Shown: positions 10,061-22,606 of the stretch, piece by piece | How the letters are laid out: each line of letters starts with the position of its first letter | Position numbering within the stretch: the first letter of the stretch is position 1 | Assembly (NCBI RefSeq): GCF_000372725.1 | Contig: NW_005202428.1 | Location: 853,331 to 917,330, forward strand | DNA from: Emiliania huxleyi CCMP1516 | Taxonomy: Eukaryota | Direction: 5' to 3' | DNA length: 64,000 bases | The notes under the pieces: model-generated | What the model was told of the DNA's origin: nothing | Database searches by the model: none | What the model saw: only the letters and a program-made list of their open reading frames with translations | Position numbers and translations under genes: made by a program

Positions 10061-11642
10061 ATGAAGTACCCACTGGCCGCTCCGGTCCTCCTCGCCTCCG
10101 CCGCCGCGTGCATACTCTCGGGCTCGCTCCACCCGCCGATCGCCGGCGCCGCTCTCGGCTGGGGAGCGCCAGCCTGCTTCCTCGCCACCAACCTGGTGAT
10201 GATAGCCGCCTCTGGCAACCTCTCTCTTTCGTCGGCGGTGCTCATGCTTGCGAGTCTGCTCGGCCTCGCCAACGCCGCGTGCCGCGACCTCGCCTTGCCA
10301 GACCTCCTCGCCGACGGATGCGGAGCAGCGGCCGCGCTCCCGCCGCCCGTGCGTCCCCTGCTTGCGCTCGCCGGCCCCGCCCTCCTCGTGCTGCGCCACG
10401 GCTTCGCCGACCCCGTCCTCACCACCTGGCTGGCGGCGAGCGCCGTCGGCGTCGTGCCCGCGCTGCCGGTCGAGATTCGGGAGGTGCTTTGGCAGCCGGG
10501 TGTCGTCAGCGGCGCGCTCTCTCTCCCCTCTCTCTGCACAAAGAGACGCGGTCCCGGGACGGCCTGGCCACTCACTCGTCAGCGCGTCCTCCTGGCTGCC
10601 AGTCCGTCAGATCCGCCTCTTAGCGCTATTGAGCAACGCGGCAGAGAGGCCGAGGACGGACACACACACGGCGACAAGGCGACACCGGGACGGGGCAGCC
10701 ACACATGCGAACCGCCGCCCGTCTGCAGAGCTTCGAGGTCCGCCCTCGCGTGGCAACCGCTCGGCCGTCGCCGCTAGGCGCTCTCACCCTCGCCTGCGCC
10801 TGCTTCATGCTCCGCACGCGCGGGCCGGTGCCGGGGGCGCTGCACGCGCTGCTGACGTGCGTGGCTGCGGCGATGCTCGGGCCGTGCCTGCATCACCTTC
10901 TCGACCTCGCCCACCTCGCGCAGAGGGTGGCGGACCTCGGCAGCCACGCCCCAGAAGAATGCTGGACAGAGCGAGCGAGGGGCCAGCCTGACACGTCCTC
11001 CAACCACTACCATGCCGTTCCCATAGCCACCCCCCCACACCCCAACCTCAACCCCATCCCTGACCCCGACCCAGGCCCGCCCTTCCCCTACCCTCGCCCA
11101 GGCCGTCCCTTCCCCTACTCTCACCCGGACCCGGACCCGCACCCCAGGCCCGCCCTTCGACGCGATGCCCATGCCGTGGGCGGTGGCGGTCTGTGCGACC
11201 GAGACGCTCGGCTCGCTGCTCATCGTGCTCCGGCTCGCGCCGCGCGCAGGCGCCCCGACGCTGGCCTGTGCCTCCCACCACACACAGGCCCTGCACAAGC
11301 CTCCCACCACACACACGGGCCGCTGGACGGGCGCAGGCACGGGCCCGTCCCTCTCAGAGTCGCGAGTCGCCTCCCTCCCGCCGCCCCACAGGGGCGCTCC
11401 TCCTGCTCCCGAAGATGGCCGTCGCGACGTGGGGCCACGCCTTTGTCGAAGGCTTCGACGCCAAGTTCGCCGCGTCGTACGCCAACGCGTTCACGCCGCC
11501 GGGCCTCTCGTACAACTGGTCGCTCGGCGCGTCGTGGGAGTGCGGCTTCTTCGGTGCCGGCTACTTCCTCCTCGCCTACGCGTCCATCCTGCTGCTGCCG
11601 CCCGCGACGGGCACGCCCAAGGCCAAGAGCAAGACTGCGTAA
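10061..11642 (+). CDS. Hypothetical multi-pass membrane protein, multi-exon
   Basis: Hydrophobic segments in several frames. Coding-like last exon ...WSLGASWECGFFGAGYFLLAYASILLL...KSKTA*. Exon structure uncertain. Confidence 0.45.
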
Positions 11643-11994
11643 CGAGAAGCACGCACGCTGCGGGGCTCCTTTGTGTTTTGTGGACCGCTGCCACACTTGC
11701 GCGTTGGGCAGCGGGGGCCCGCCCGTGAACCCTCTCTATGACTGCAGAGCTGAGAGCGCCTGGCACGGCCTGGATGTGCTATTTGGGGTAATCGGGCGGA
11801 GCGTAGATGAGCAGGAGTACATTTTATTTCCGTCCAATTCCGTACGTTTGTGTGAGAATATGCAACGAGACACATATGATGTAACCACGTGGATCTGGAT
11901 GTAACACACACCGCACACTCACGATCTCGATCGGACACAACACATCGATGCGAAGGACACAACTAAATTCCATCTGCGACTCTCGCTCGCGCCT

Positions 11995-12948
11995 CTACTG
12001 CACTTCAGCAGGCCAAAGAGACCGCTCCGGACCGGGGAAGTTGACCTCGTCGCTGTACCACGGGCGGGCGTACACAAAGTACTGGATCGGCCTCCGCACT
12101 GCGCTGCAGTTCGCGCCTCCCGCGTGGAAGAGGCGGTAGTCGAAGAGAATCGCATCGCCGGCGTCGGCCTCGAGGTGGGCGGCGGCGCCGGCGCCGGCGG
12201 ACGAACCCGCTTCGTCCGCCTCGGCCGCCATCGCCGCCGCTGTCGCGCCGTGGTGCGAGCCGGGCAGGAAGGCAGTCGGCCCGTTCAGCCCTCTCCGCAG
12301 GTCGACAAGAGGCACAAAGACTGTGAGGCAGTGCGCGGGAAGCGTCGCGCGCGGCAGGCCGCCCAGCAGCCCGTGCTCCTCCCACACGGCGCGAGGCACG
12401 GGAGGCGCGTCCGCGTGGAACCGCTGCGCCGCGGTGCCCGGCTCGGTGACGACGAGCCCGCTCCACAGCAGCCGCGCGTCGCCGCCGAGCACTCTCCTTA
12501 CCAGCGGCAGCCAGGCGCGCCCGCCGACCTCGCCCACGGCCGCGAACGGCTCCTCGTCCAGCTGGTACCCTCGCAGGTCCACCCGGCCGGGACCGCGCTG
12601 GCACGCCTCGTGGAAGCGGAAGCCCACCTGTGGGCAGTCGGGATCCCCGCCTCGACGCCGCACGCCCCGCCGCACTTCGGCCGCGAGCGCACTCGCCGCC
12701 GCGCCGCCACGCGCCGCCAGAGAGGGTGGAACCGCTCGGCGGATGGCGCAGACGCCTGCAAAGTCGAGCAGAGCCGCGCCGTACTCCGTCTCCGCCGCTG
12801 GCACCTCGAGTGCCTCTGCCGAGGTGAGATCCCACGGGAGGAGCCCCGCGAATGGGTCGGCCGCGCCGATCGCCGGCCGCGGGGCGCCGATCAGCCGCAC
12901 GGATACCTCCTCCAGCGCGGCGAGTGCACGGGCGACGGCCGTGCGCAT
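11995..12948 (-). CDS. Phytanoyl-CoA dioxygenase (PhyH)-family 2OG/Fe(II) dioxygenase
   Basis: QRFHAD (HxD), [20 protein letters not shown] and [17 protein letters not shown]...RRP motifs. Confidence 0.88.
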   Translation of the reverse strand: MRTAVARALAALEEVSVRLIGAPRPAIGAADPFAGLLPWDLTSAEALEVPAAETEYGAALLDFAGVCAIRRAVPPSLAARGGAAASALAAEVRRGVRRRGGDPDCPQVGFRFHEACQRGPGRVDLRGYQLDEEPFAAVGEVGGRAWLPLVRRVLGGDARLLWSGLVVTEPGTAAQRFHADAPPVPRAVWEEHGLLGGLPRATLPAHCLTVFVPLVDLRRGLNGPTAFLPGSHHGATAAAMAAEADEAGSSAGAGAAAHLEADAGDAILFDYRLFHAGGANCSAVRRPIQYFVYARPWYSDEVNFPGPERSLWPAEVQ

Positions 12949-13312
12949 TATCAGATCGCTCGGCGCATATCAGATCGCAGGGCAGGCAAGATACGCCCTG
13001 CAATTGCGAGATCCAGTGCTGGCTCAGAGGCACGCGAGGCGGTACCGAGCAGCGAGTGTAGAGTGCGAGTGTGCCTCGCGCGCGGGCGGGCAGCGCCCCG
13101 TGGCGGGAGCGAGCAGAGCCCGGTCTCTTGGAGCAGAGCCCGGCGAGCCCTCGAAAGAGCTACCCAATGGGTCCCTCGAGAGGGTACCCTGGGTGGGCGG
13201 GGCCTCTCGACTCGCAGGGGCGGGAGCTAAAAAAATAAACAAAAAAGAAAATACCGCGTTGTCTGGGCTTGCAGCGCGCTGCTTGGGCTGGTCGCGCTGC
13301 TGTGCTGCCACC

Positions 13313-15572
13313 ATGAGCCGAAGGTACGATTCGCGGACGACAATCTTCTCGCCCGAGGGGCGGCTCTACCAGGTCGAGTACGCCATGGAGGCCATCTCGC
13401 ACGCCGGCACCGCGCTCGGCGTCCTTGCGAGCGACGGTGTGCGCGAGAGAGCTCCTTCTCGCTGTGTCGCTGTGCTGCGGCCGCTCGCACATCACCACAC
13501 GCTCGTCGCGCGCGCCGCCGAGCACGCACCGCCCGGCTGCCGCAGGCGTCGTCCTCGCTGCCGAGAAGAAGATCAGCTCCAAGCTGCTGGAGCCGTCAAA
13601 GAGCTCCGAAAAGATGTGAGTTGCGCCCGCCTCGCACCGCGCCAAGCGTCGCCGGCCGCTCCTTCCCCCCTGCCGACTCCCACCCCTCCCGCCCCTCCCT
13701 GCGTCCTATCCGCCGCACACTTGTCCGCCATGCTCTCCCCCCTCGCCCGCTCCCAAGCCCGAACCGCGCTCTGGAACGGCCCCTCACAGCCAGCGCCGTG
13801 TGGCCGCAGGTACATGGTGGATGACCACGTGGCCTGCGCGGTCGCGGGCATCACTGCCGACGCCAACATCCTCATCAACCAGGCCCGGCTGCACGCGCAG
13901 CGCCATCTCTACAACTACCAGGTGCCTCTCCCGCACCGCCCACTGGCCAAAAGACAGGCCAAGAGACAGGCCAAAAGACAGACCAGACTGCTCTCTCCGT
14001 CACCGGAGCAACCGCCAAACACCGCCCTCGCCGCCGCCCCCGCCCGCCGCCGCCCGCCGCTGCCCGCCCCTGCCCGCCGCCGCCCTCTCTGCCGCCGCGT
14101 TGGCGCCGCCGCGCGAGCCGGCGCCTCGCACAGCCTGCGCCAGCCTGCGCCTCCCGCCGCCACCGCTGCCGCCACCGCTGCCGCCACTGCCACCGCCGCC
14201 ACTGCCGCCGCCGCCTCCTCCGCCTCCGCCTCCGCCGGCTCCTCCGCCGCCCAACACGCGTCGCAATCCGCTTCTGCCGCGCTGCCGCGCATTGGCCCTG
14301 GCTCCCAGCCGCCTGCCCCAGCCGCCTGCCCCGCCGCCTGCCCCCGCCGCCTGCCCCCGCCGCCTGCCCCCGCCGCCTGCCCCCGCCGCCTGCCCCCGNN
14401 NNNNNNNNNNNNNNNNNNNNNNNNNNNNNNNNNNNNNNNNNNNNNNNNNNNNNNNNNNNNNNNNNNNNNNNNNNNNNNNNNNNNNNNNNNNNNNNNNNNN
14501 NNNNNNNNNNNNNNNNNNNNNNNNNNNNNNNNNNNNNNNNNNNNNNNNNNNNNNNNNNNNNNNNNNNNNNNNNNNNNNNNNNNNNNNNNNNNNNNNNNNN
14601 NNNNNNNNNNNNNNNNNNNNNNNNNNNNNNNNNNNNNNNNNNNNNNNNNNNNNNNNNNNNNNNNNNNNNNNNNNNNNNNNNNNNNNNNNNNNNNNNNNNN
14701 NNNNNNNNNNNNNNNNNNNNNNNNNNNNNNNNNNNNNNNNNNNNNNNNNNNNNNNNNNNNNNNNNNNNNNNNNNNNNNNNNNNNNNNNNNNNNNNNNNNN
14801 NNNNNNNNNNNNNNNNNNNNNNNNNNNNNNNNNNNNNNNNNNNNNNNNNNNNNNNNNNNNNNNNNNNNNNNNNNNNNNNNNNNNNNNNNNNNNNNNNNNN
14901 NNNNNNNNNNNNNNNNNNNNNNNNNNNNNNNNNNNNNNNNNNNNNNNNNNNNNNNNNNNNNNNNNNNNNNNNNNNNNNNNNNNNNNNNNNNNNNNNNNNN
15001 NNNNNNNNNNNNNNNNNNNNNNNNNNNNNNNNNNNNNNNNNNNNNNNNNNNNNNNNNNNNNNNNNNNNNNNNNNNNNNNNNNNNNNNNNNNNNNNNNNNN
15101 NNNNNNNNNNNNNNNNNNNNNNNNNNNNNNNNNNNNNNNNNNNNNNNNNNNNNNNNNNNNNNNNNNNACGGATGCGGAGCAGCGGCCGCGCTCCCGCCGA
15201 CCGTGCGTCCCCTGCTTGCGCTCGCCGAGCCCGCCCTCCTCGTGCTGCGCCACGGGTTCGCCGACCCCGTCCTCACCACCTGGCTGGCGGCGAGCGCCGT
15301 CGGCGCCAGCCCGCCTGCCTCCCCGTCCGTACCTCAAGCACGCACCTCAGCCAGCTCTCGCCCAAGCACTCCCAACAAACCCCCTTCTCCCCTCTCCGCG
15401 CGCAAAGGTGCTGACAAAGACGGCCGACGCGACGACGCTCACGCCCGACAACTTCGACATCGTCACCCTCACGCGCGCAGACGGCGTCGTCAAGTACGCG
15501 CAGCTCACCGAGGCCGAGTCGCAGAAGCTGCTTGACATTGCCAAGGCCGAGTCCGCCGCGGCCGACGCGTGA
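13313..15572 (+). CDS. PSMA4: 20S proteasome subunit alpha type-4 (PRE9/PAC1), multi-exon, middle exons lost in assembly gap
   Basis: [32 protein letters not shown]. Exons approximately 13313-13437, 13546-13615, 13811-13921 and 15408-15572. Confidence 0.93.
14399..15167. other. Assembly gap (N run)
   Basis: Run of N. Confidence 1.
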
Positions 15573-15811
15573 GCGCGGCGGTTACGGCGGAACGTTGCCC
15601 CATCTCTGCGGGGGCAGGGCTTCACTGCTCTCTGCCGATGCTCTCTGGGTGCATCTGGCCACCCGCTCCCTCATGCAGCTTGGGCCCCATATGTCTCGTA
15701 CAGCGTACTTTTTGGAGCCACAGTGATATCGTAATCGCAGTATTTGTGGGTGGCTTTTGACGGCTTACAGCGGCTTCTCCCGCCTTGGCCCTTGCGCATT
15801 CCTACCTCTCT

Positions 15812-15951
15812 CTTGGAGCACTTGGAGTGCAGTCGGCAACCTCACATCCAGGGCCGGGGAGCTCAGAAGCGCACCCAGCGGGCCGGATGATCGGGATCGG
15901 GCTACGGGCTAGAGAGCCCTGACCCCTAGGGGGGGTGCGCGTTCGCAGGGC
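15812..15951 (+). repeat. Dispersed repeat family B (CTTGGAGCACTTGGAGTGCAG...), copy 1
   Basis: About 135 bp similar to 22607-22743; short inverted copy at 30975-31001. Confidence 0.8.
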
Positions 15952-16428
15952 AAGGGCCTTAAAGTAAACACGGGTCTCCGAGGGTTGGCCCCGCGTACCG
16001 GGTTTCCCCTTAACTGCAGCCAGGACGCCCCCTCTACTCGGAGCTAATGAACACCACACTGCACGCCTCACACGTCTCTCTGTCCGCTTTTTTTTTCTTT
16101 TTCATATTCGATAGATCGTGCGGCGCCACGCGGCGCAAGTGCGCAACCGCGCAAGGGCCAGAGGCAGAGCCCTCCCTGCGCCTGCGCCCTCGTGGTGCGC
16201 CGCGTCATCGTGCAGTTCCCGCAAAAGCCGCGATCTCTTGTGCACTTTATTCTGTAAGCAGTTCTTCACATACTAGTAAAGGTACAAGTAGACCGGACTG
16301 GACCAATCCCACTTCTCAGCTTCTCACAGCTCAGCACAAGTCACGGTTCGTGTGCGTTTTGTCTCTGCAGCCCGTCGAGCTTCGCCGATTCTCTCTTTGT
16401 CTTTGGGGACGTTCACGCCCTTCAGTAT

Positions 16429-16480
16429 CTTGAGCACTTGAGCACTGGATAGGGTCGATTCCGCGTGGTACGGGACCCCT
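16429..16480 (+). repeat. Dispersed repeat family A (CTTGAGCACTTGAGCACTGGATAGGGTCG...GGGACCCCT), copy 1
   Basis: Near-identical copies at 29747-29807 (+) and 36244-36295 (-). Confidence 0.85.
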
Positions 16481-17285
16481 TCTTGTGCAACTCCGGCCGG
16501 CCCTGGCCGGACAGCTTTACGGAGTAGTGAACGTCGCGAAAGGTAACGAGGGCGGGCCGCGGCGAGGCCTCCGGCTGTTTGCGGCGGGCGGCTTGCTGCT
16601 CGCTGCATGGCGAAAACTCGTCTCGCCACACGCCAAGGGCTTATGCTCTGTCGAGACGTGAGGCGCTTGCGCCCAGGAGGGGAGGGCGCATGCGTAACGA
16701 CGCTGCTAGAGATGCCTTTCGGGGCCCAGAGATAAAACTTCTGATGCCATGCGTGACCTAGTAGTGTCCCCAGCTATGGGCGTGTCCACGTTGGAGCCAG
16801 GTGTGGTGTGGACGCGAGAATAGCTCCGCCGTTCATGGAGGCAACCGATGCGAGTCGACTGGTGTGATCAGTGGTCAGTGCTCGCCGTCTAGACAGCGCC
16901 GCGTTCGCGCGGTTCTTACTCGCATTTGGCGCAACCCCGGGGCTCCGCGGTCTCTATTGGGCTGATTTTGATTGAGAGGGTTGAGTTATCGCAGTTCTTT
17001 ATGCCGCCTGGGTGCTCTGGGAGTCCAGGGTGACGACGTGTGAGCGTGATGGAGTTGAGAGATCATTTCGAGCCAGATTTGCAAAAAACTCCGCGGTGAA
17101 TTCCTGAACATTTCTCGTTGGAAAGTGCACAGCTGCAAGGGTCCGTCACTCTACTCTCCTTAACCTACCACAAACTGTACCGCTGCGAGCCCGCAGCCTG
17201 GGCGACATGCACACAGGGCCTCGACGGTCGGCACGGCTCTCGTCGAGCCGTGCGTGACAGGGACCGCGAGACGTCGACTCGAAAT

Positions 17286-20135
17286 CTACTCGAGGAGGCA
17301 CGTGAAGTTGGCCTTGCGCGAGTACTTCGTGCCCTCGTCGCCGTTGACGATGTAGTCGCCTGTTCGCAGACGGGTGGCGCGTGAGACGGACACTGTCTAT
17401 AAGAGCGAGGTCAAGAGCCGAACCGCGCCGAGGCAGCCGAAAAGGGCAACTTCCTCCTTTGTCCATCCAGCGAATGGAATTTCAAATGGCAGCATCCTCC
17501 CAACGTTGCCGAGGATCTCGTTGACCGAGCCGCCGACCCCCAGTGGGGCGAAAAAGTAGTATGGGAAGTTGCCGAAGCAGCCAAAAGGGCTGTCGCCGTT
17601 GTAGTCATCGGGGTAGCTTGCCATCTTGCAGTTGGCGAGGGCGCGCTGCGGCGAGCACCCCGGCGAGCTCTGGCTGAGACTCTTGCGCACATCGTTCGCC
17701 TAGAAGCAACAGCGGCGGAGGTGGGCGGGCACAAGTGTGGAAAGTGCCCGTATTAGAGGCGCGCGCCCAGATGATCGGCAGCGTGATCCAGACCACGGTG
17801 AGGGTCACATCGTCCTGCGCCGTCGTCGTGCCCCAGAAGGGGTTGTCGAGCACCTTGAGACCCTTGAGCGTGCACACGAGCGGCTGGCCGGCGTGCTGGC
17901 AGTAAGTCATGTACTGGATTAGGTACTCCCACGGCGAGATCTTGCCCCCCCCCGAGTCAGGCGTCGGCGGCCACGGCACTTTCCGCACGTCCTCGTAACA
18001 CTTGGGTTCGGGGATCGACAGGTTGCGGAAGTCGTAGGTGTCCGGGTTGTTGTCGAGGATGTGGTTGAGGACGGAGATCGGCCGCACGGAGTACTTCTCG
18101 GAAGCACCGAGGAGCTGGGGCGGCTGCACCCCGAAGCACGACGCAAGCGACGAGCCCATGTAGCCGAAGCTGTTGTTGGCGAACGGATCAAACGTCCACG
18201 TCCAAGGAGCCCCCTTCGGGTGTTGCTCGGCGCAGGGCAACTTGCCGATGATGGGAATGTCACCAACCTTTTGGGCGCACGTTTCCTCATTGTACTTCTT
18301 CCACGGGCCCTGCTCGAAGGCGTTGATCACCGCAGCTGCCTGTGTAGTCAGGGGAACGGTCAGGGAGTGGCGGTCACTCAGGGAGACAGCCGTGAGGAAG
18401 AGTGGGGGGGGGGGGGGGGTGAGCAGCATGTGCGGAGCGAGAGACAGCTGGGAGGGCATTGGCCGCCTTTGAGACGCCCTGCGCGATGGTGCCGGCCAGA
18501 CCGGTCGACTCGAGCACGCCGCCGTCAGAGAAGTAGCAGTGCGTCGGCTCGCTGAGCGCGTCGGGCGGCGAGAGCGCGTTTGTCTTGAACTCGTACTTCA
18601 CGTTGGCCGCGGGGGGGAAGGGGAGGCTGGGCCCACAGGGGAGGTATCGAAGCAGGCAGGCTTCGGGGCCAGCTGGGACGTCCTCGGGCTGCCCTTGCGT
18701 AAAGAAGTCGGCCGTCAGGCACATGATCGCCTCTGGGGACAGGTGCTCCGAGGAGGTGATGGGCGCGCACGGAATGCAGCTCGGCTTCTCCACCCAGGTC
18801 GACGGGTGCTGCGAGTTGGAGAGGAACTTGACGTCCGGCGGATCGATGCAGCAGGTGCCGAGGTTGCGGTCGAAGGTCATCGGACCGTTGTCGGGCTTGC
18901 TCGGGTCGCTCACATTCTTCGGGTCGTACTGCGTGATGGCCATCCCGGGCGTAAAGGTGTACGGCACGACGCTCACGTTGTTGTATTTGGGCTGAAGCTT
19001 CAGCGCCGTGTAGATGCCGAAGCCCATGCCCGCCGCCTCCGCCTTCTCCTTCTCGTCGTTTGTGGCGGCGTAGACAGACGCAGACACCTCGCGGGCCCAG
19101 GCGGCGAGCGGGCCGACGAAGTTGCGGTAGCCGACGCCTGTGACCTGACGGCAGCCGCGGCGGGATCCGGGAGGGTGAGTGGTCGGGTAAGAGGCGGGAT
19201 AGTGGCAGGGAGGGGCTGTGGTGAGTGGGTAGCTCGCACCTCGATCACTTGCGAGTGCGCCATTGGGGTCGGCGCGTCGGGGCGCGGGTAGGCTACCTCG
19301 CACTCGTTGACGCCGGCGGCGCAGGCCACGTCGGAGACCTGGTCGGGGCCCGTGGCCGTGTACTTGTTTTGTGAGATGCCGAGGGGGCGGAGAAAGAAGT
19401 TGAACAAGAACAAGCGGAAGGCGGAGGGGAAGCCGACAGCGAAAGGGGGCACGCACAGCCACCCGTACTTTGGCCAGCAGCCGCGGCCGACGCACTTGCC
19501 GAAGGAGAGGATGCGGGCGACGAAGCCAAAGGAGAACGAAATGATGATGCCGGACACAAGGCCGGGGTTGAAGAAACCGGGCTGGCGGACGATCCAGTTG
19601 TAGTAGCCAGTCTCCGGCTTGTCGCCGCAGGCCTTTGAGTTGTCCGTGAGGAGGTCGTCCCACGTAATCGAGTTCGGGTCCGAGTTTGCCTTGGTGTTGA
19701 GGAAGTTGACCGGGTCCAGCTCGGGGCGCGACTTGTTGCCGTTGAAGGGCGTACCGTCCTTGTTGGCGTAGCAGTACGTCTGGCTGGCAAGGTATCCGCC
19801 AGAGACGCCTGGCAGAGGGTGGGAGGATGGGTTGTGTGGGCCGTCAGGCCGAGGCGGGGCAGGAGCGAGGCACCCGCCATGACGTCAAACTGGTCGAGGG
19901 CACAGGGCACGTCGCCAACGTTGGCCTTGTACAGGCCGCGAAAGATGCCGTACGCGCTTACGACGGGCAGAAGGCCGCCGCCGTTGATCACGAGCGCGGT
20001 CTTGAACGGTTGCTTCGGCGCTGCGGCCGCTGCGGCGCGAGCGATCGTCTTCTTGCCCTCGCGCTCCTTGGCGCGGAGCCCTTCCACGTAGGACGCCTTG
20101 GGCGCTGGGATGGTTGGCCGCGCGACGAAGCTCAT
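17286..20135 (-). CDS. Patatin/cPLA2-like phospholipase (acyl hydrolase), multi-exon
   Basis: Oxyanion motif VINGGG, nucleophile elbow MAG|VSGG (GxSxG split by an intron) and catalytic FSDGG. Last exon GDYIVNG...TCLLE* ends at 17286. Confidence 0.7.
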
Positions 20136-20957
20136 CGAGGAAGTAGAGGAAAGGCCAACGAGTAGAGACAGGAAGTGACAGCGGCGCGAGTTGGTCCTTT
20201 GGGGGGCTTTGATGATGAAATGAAGGTGTCACGCTGCATTTGAAGTTTCTTATTTTTATTTTTACAAGGCGGAGACGCCACGCATCGCTCTCGGGCCCAC
20301 AGACAGCAGGAGAAGAAAGGGTGAAGCTCCGATTTTAAGAATTTCTCGCGCGCGAGTCGATTTAACAAATCAAGTCGCCCAAGAAAGAAGCGAACAAAAA
20401 CAGAGGAGGGACCAACGCTCTGCAGCCGGGCGATGAGTACTGCGTGTCCTGGGCAGCGGCCAGCCGCTCCGACGCGGCGGATGTTGTCGCCAGCGCGCGC
20501 CCGACATGGCCACCGTTCAGCAGCAGGTCCAGCCGCGCTCAGCAGCTTCACCGCGCGCCAGCCTCTGACAAGGGGTGTGGAAAAAGAAATTGAGGCCAAG
20601 CACGAACCCTAAACCCTTTTCTTGCCCAGCGACGAGCACACGGGCGTTACGCGGTGACCCAAAATGTCCAGCTCAGAGGCACGCCTCCGGAGGCAGGCCG
20701 CCCCGCGCGCCGGCGACACAGCTCCAGCTGTCGAGCTGAACCGCAAAAGTCCTCTCAGAGCGGGGGAGCTGTGACACCAGAGCTGGCGGAGGCGGTTGTC
20801 AGGAAAAATATCGCACGGACAAGACAACGTCAACGTGTGTGGTGGCGGCGTGCCGTCCTCCCATCCCTCCTTGGGTCGGTGTTTTCTTTATTTTAAGAAT
20901 TCTTGGTGTTCTTTCATCTTTGTTTCTTGCCGACAACACGTAGGAAAAAACTAATCT

Positions 20958-21444
20958 TTACCAACACCCGTTCGTGCAACACGTAGGAGGGCCGCAGATG
21001 CCGCAGCTAGCGCGAAAGTTGCCACATCTCGGATAAGTGGAACAGCGAGTGTCTACATATACCCCAGCTGCGTTCAATACTCCTAGATTGAACGATATCC
21101 CTTTGTCCCTGGAGGCACGCCACGCATCTGAGCAGAGCAACCGGGAGAAGGCTGCGGCGCCGACGAACATTTTATACATAGTAGTAGCTGTGGACACATC
21201 CCAGGCGCTGATGTCCCGATTGAAGCGAAGGGCACGTTCGAACAATCTGCTCATGTCAGTGGCTGCAGATACGTCCCAGGCGCTGATGTCCTGGTTGAAG
21301 GCACTGGCATAGCTGAACAATCCGCTCATATCAGTGACTGCGGATACGTCCCAGGCGCTGATATCCTGGTTGAAGGCACTGGCATAGCCGAACATGTATC
21401 TCATGCCAATGACCGCAGAGGTATTCCAAGCGCCGGGAGCGCCG
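20958..21444 (-). CDS. DUF285/BspA-like surface-repeat protein, 5' region interrupted by a MITE (possible pseudogene)
   Basis: Three to four 25-aa repeats FxxASAFNQDISAWDVSAVTDMS; Cys-rich C-terminal tail. Confidence 0.8.
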
Positions 21445-22315
21445 CTGAGGGAGGGTGTAGAGGATGTAGAGTGTAGAGCGCTGTAGAGCTGTAGAGATGT
21501 AGAGCGCTCTGGAGCGCTGTAGAGCTGTAGAGCTCTACATCCGCCGCGTGACGAGGCGCCTGCGTTGTAGAGCGATGTAGAGCGCGATTTTGTTGTAGAG
21601 TTTGTTGTAGAGGCTCTACAGCCAAACCGCCGGGAAGGCAGTGACTCAAAGAGGTCGAGCCGCGCTAATGGGGTTTTACCGAGCTTAGTGAAGCTCTGAT
21701 GGACAGCCCTGACTATCCCTGACACACAGAGAGTCCCTCTGACGGCACACAACACCCTATAACTGCGTCATGACCAGCCTGCCATGTGTCGCCGGTGCCG
21801 CATTCGTCGCTGTGCTTCTTTAGCAGGCGGTGGACTGTCGGCTGCGAGGACGGTCGCATTTGCGCGAGGCGAGGCGAGCATTCAGACGCCTTATCTGCGC
21901 CATGACTCGCGCCAGCGCGTGCGGGAGCTCCTGGCTGAGCGTTGAGTCCAGGCGAGTTGCGCTGGCCACGATCGCTACGCCGAGCCGAGCTGACGCGCCG
22001 AGGCGCCGGCCAGTCGCAGCCGTGAGGCATGCCACAGCAGCAGAGGCATCTGCCACCCATTGGGCGGGCAGACAGAAGGCCAGGGCAGCACTGGCAAGTG
22101 CAACGCGCCCCATGTCGGAGAGCGACCGTGCCTCGTTCGCCGCTTATGATGTAGAGTTTGTTGTAGAGATTTCACGTTGTAGAGCGCCTCTACATCGCTC
22201 CACAACGCAGGCGCCTCGTCACGCGGCGGATGTAGAGCTCTACAGCTCTACAGCGCTCTACATCTCTACAGCTCTACAGTGCTCTACACTCTACATCCTC
22301 TACACCCTCCCTCAG
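21445..22315. mobile_element. Non-autonomous DNA transposon (MITE/foldback-like) with ~130-bp TIRs and 8-bp TSD
   Basis: TIRs CTGAGGGAGGGTGTAGAGG... / ...CCTCTACACCCTCCCTCAG built of TGTAGAG subrepeats. TSD GAGCGCCG at 21437-21444 and 22316-22323. Confidence 0.9.
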
Positions 22316-22606
22316 GAGCGCCGACTCTGGCACACACACACACCAGCATCATCAACTTCATCATCACCACCACCACCGCCGCCGCCCCCGCCCCCGCCTC
22401 CGCCCTCAGCCCGGCCCCCTCTCCACGCTCATATGACAAGATTAATATTTTGACGTGCCAGCCAGTGCGCAGTGGTCCAGCTTGCTACGCGGAAAGTGGG
22501 GAGAACCTCAAGTCATCAGGTTCTCCTCCCCAGTCTCAGGTTGTCCTCCCAGCTTTGCTCGTGCGTCACATCTTGATCTGCTAAATCTAAAACGTCACAT
22601 GTGAAA

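Noticed and set aside
12323..15572. Very long ORFs spanning the N gap (1070, 590, 454 and 445 aa)
   Set aside because: Artefacts of translating through Ns and GC-rich introns.
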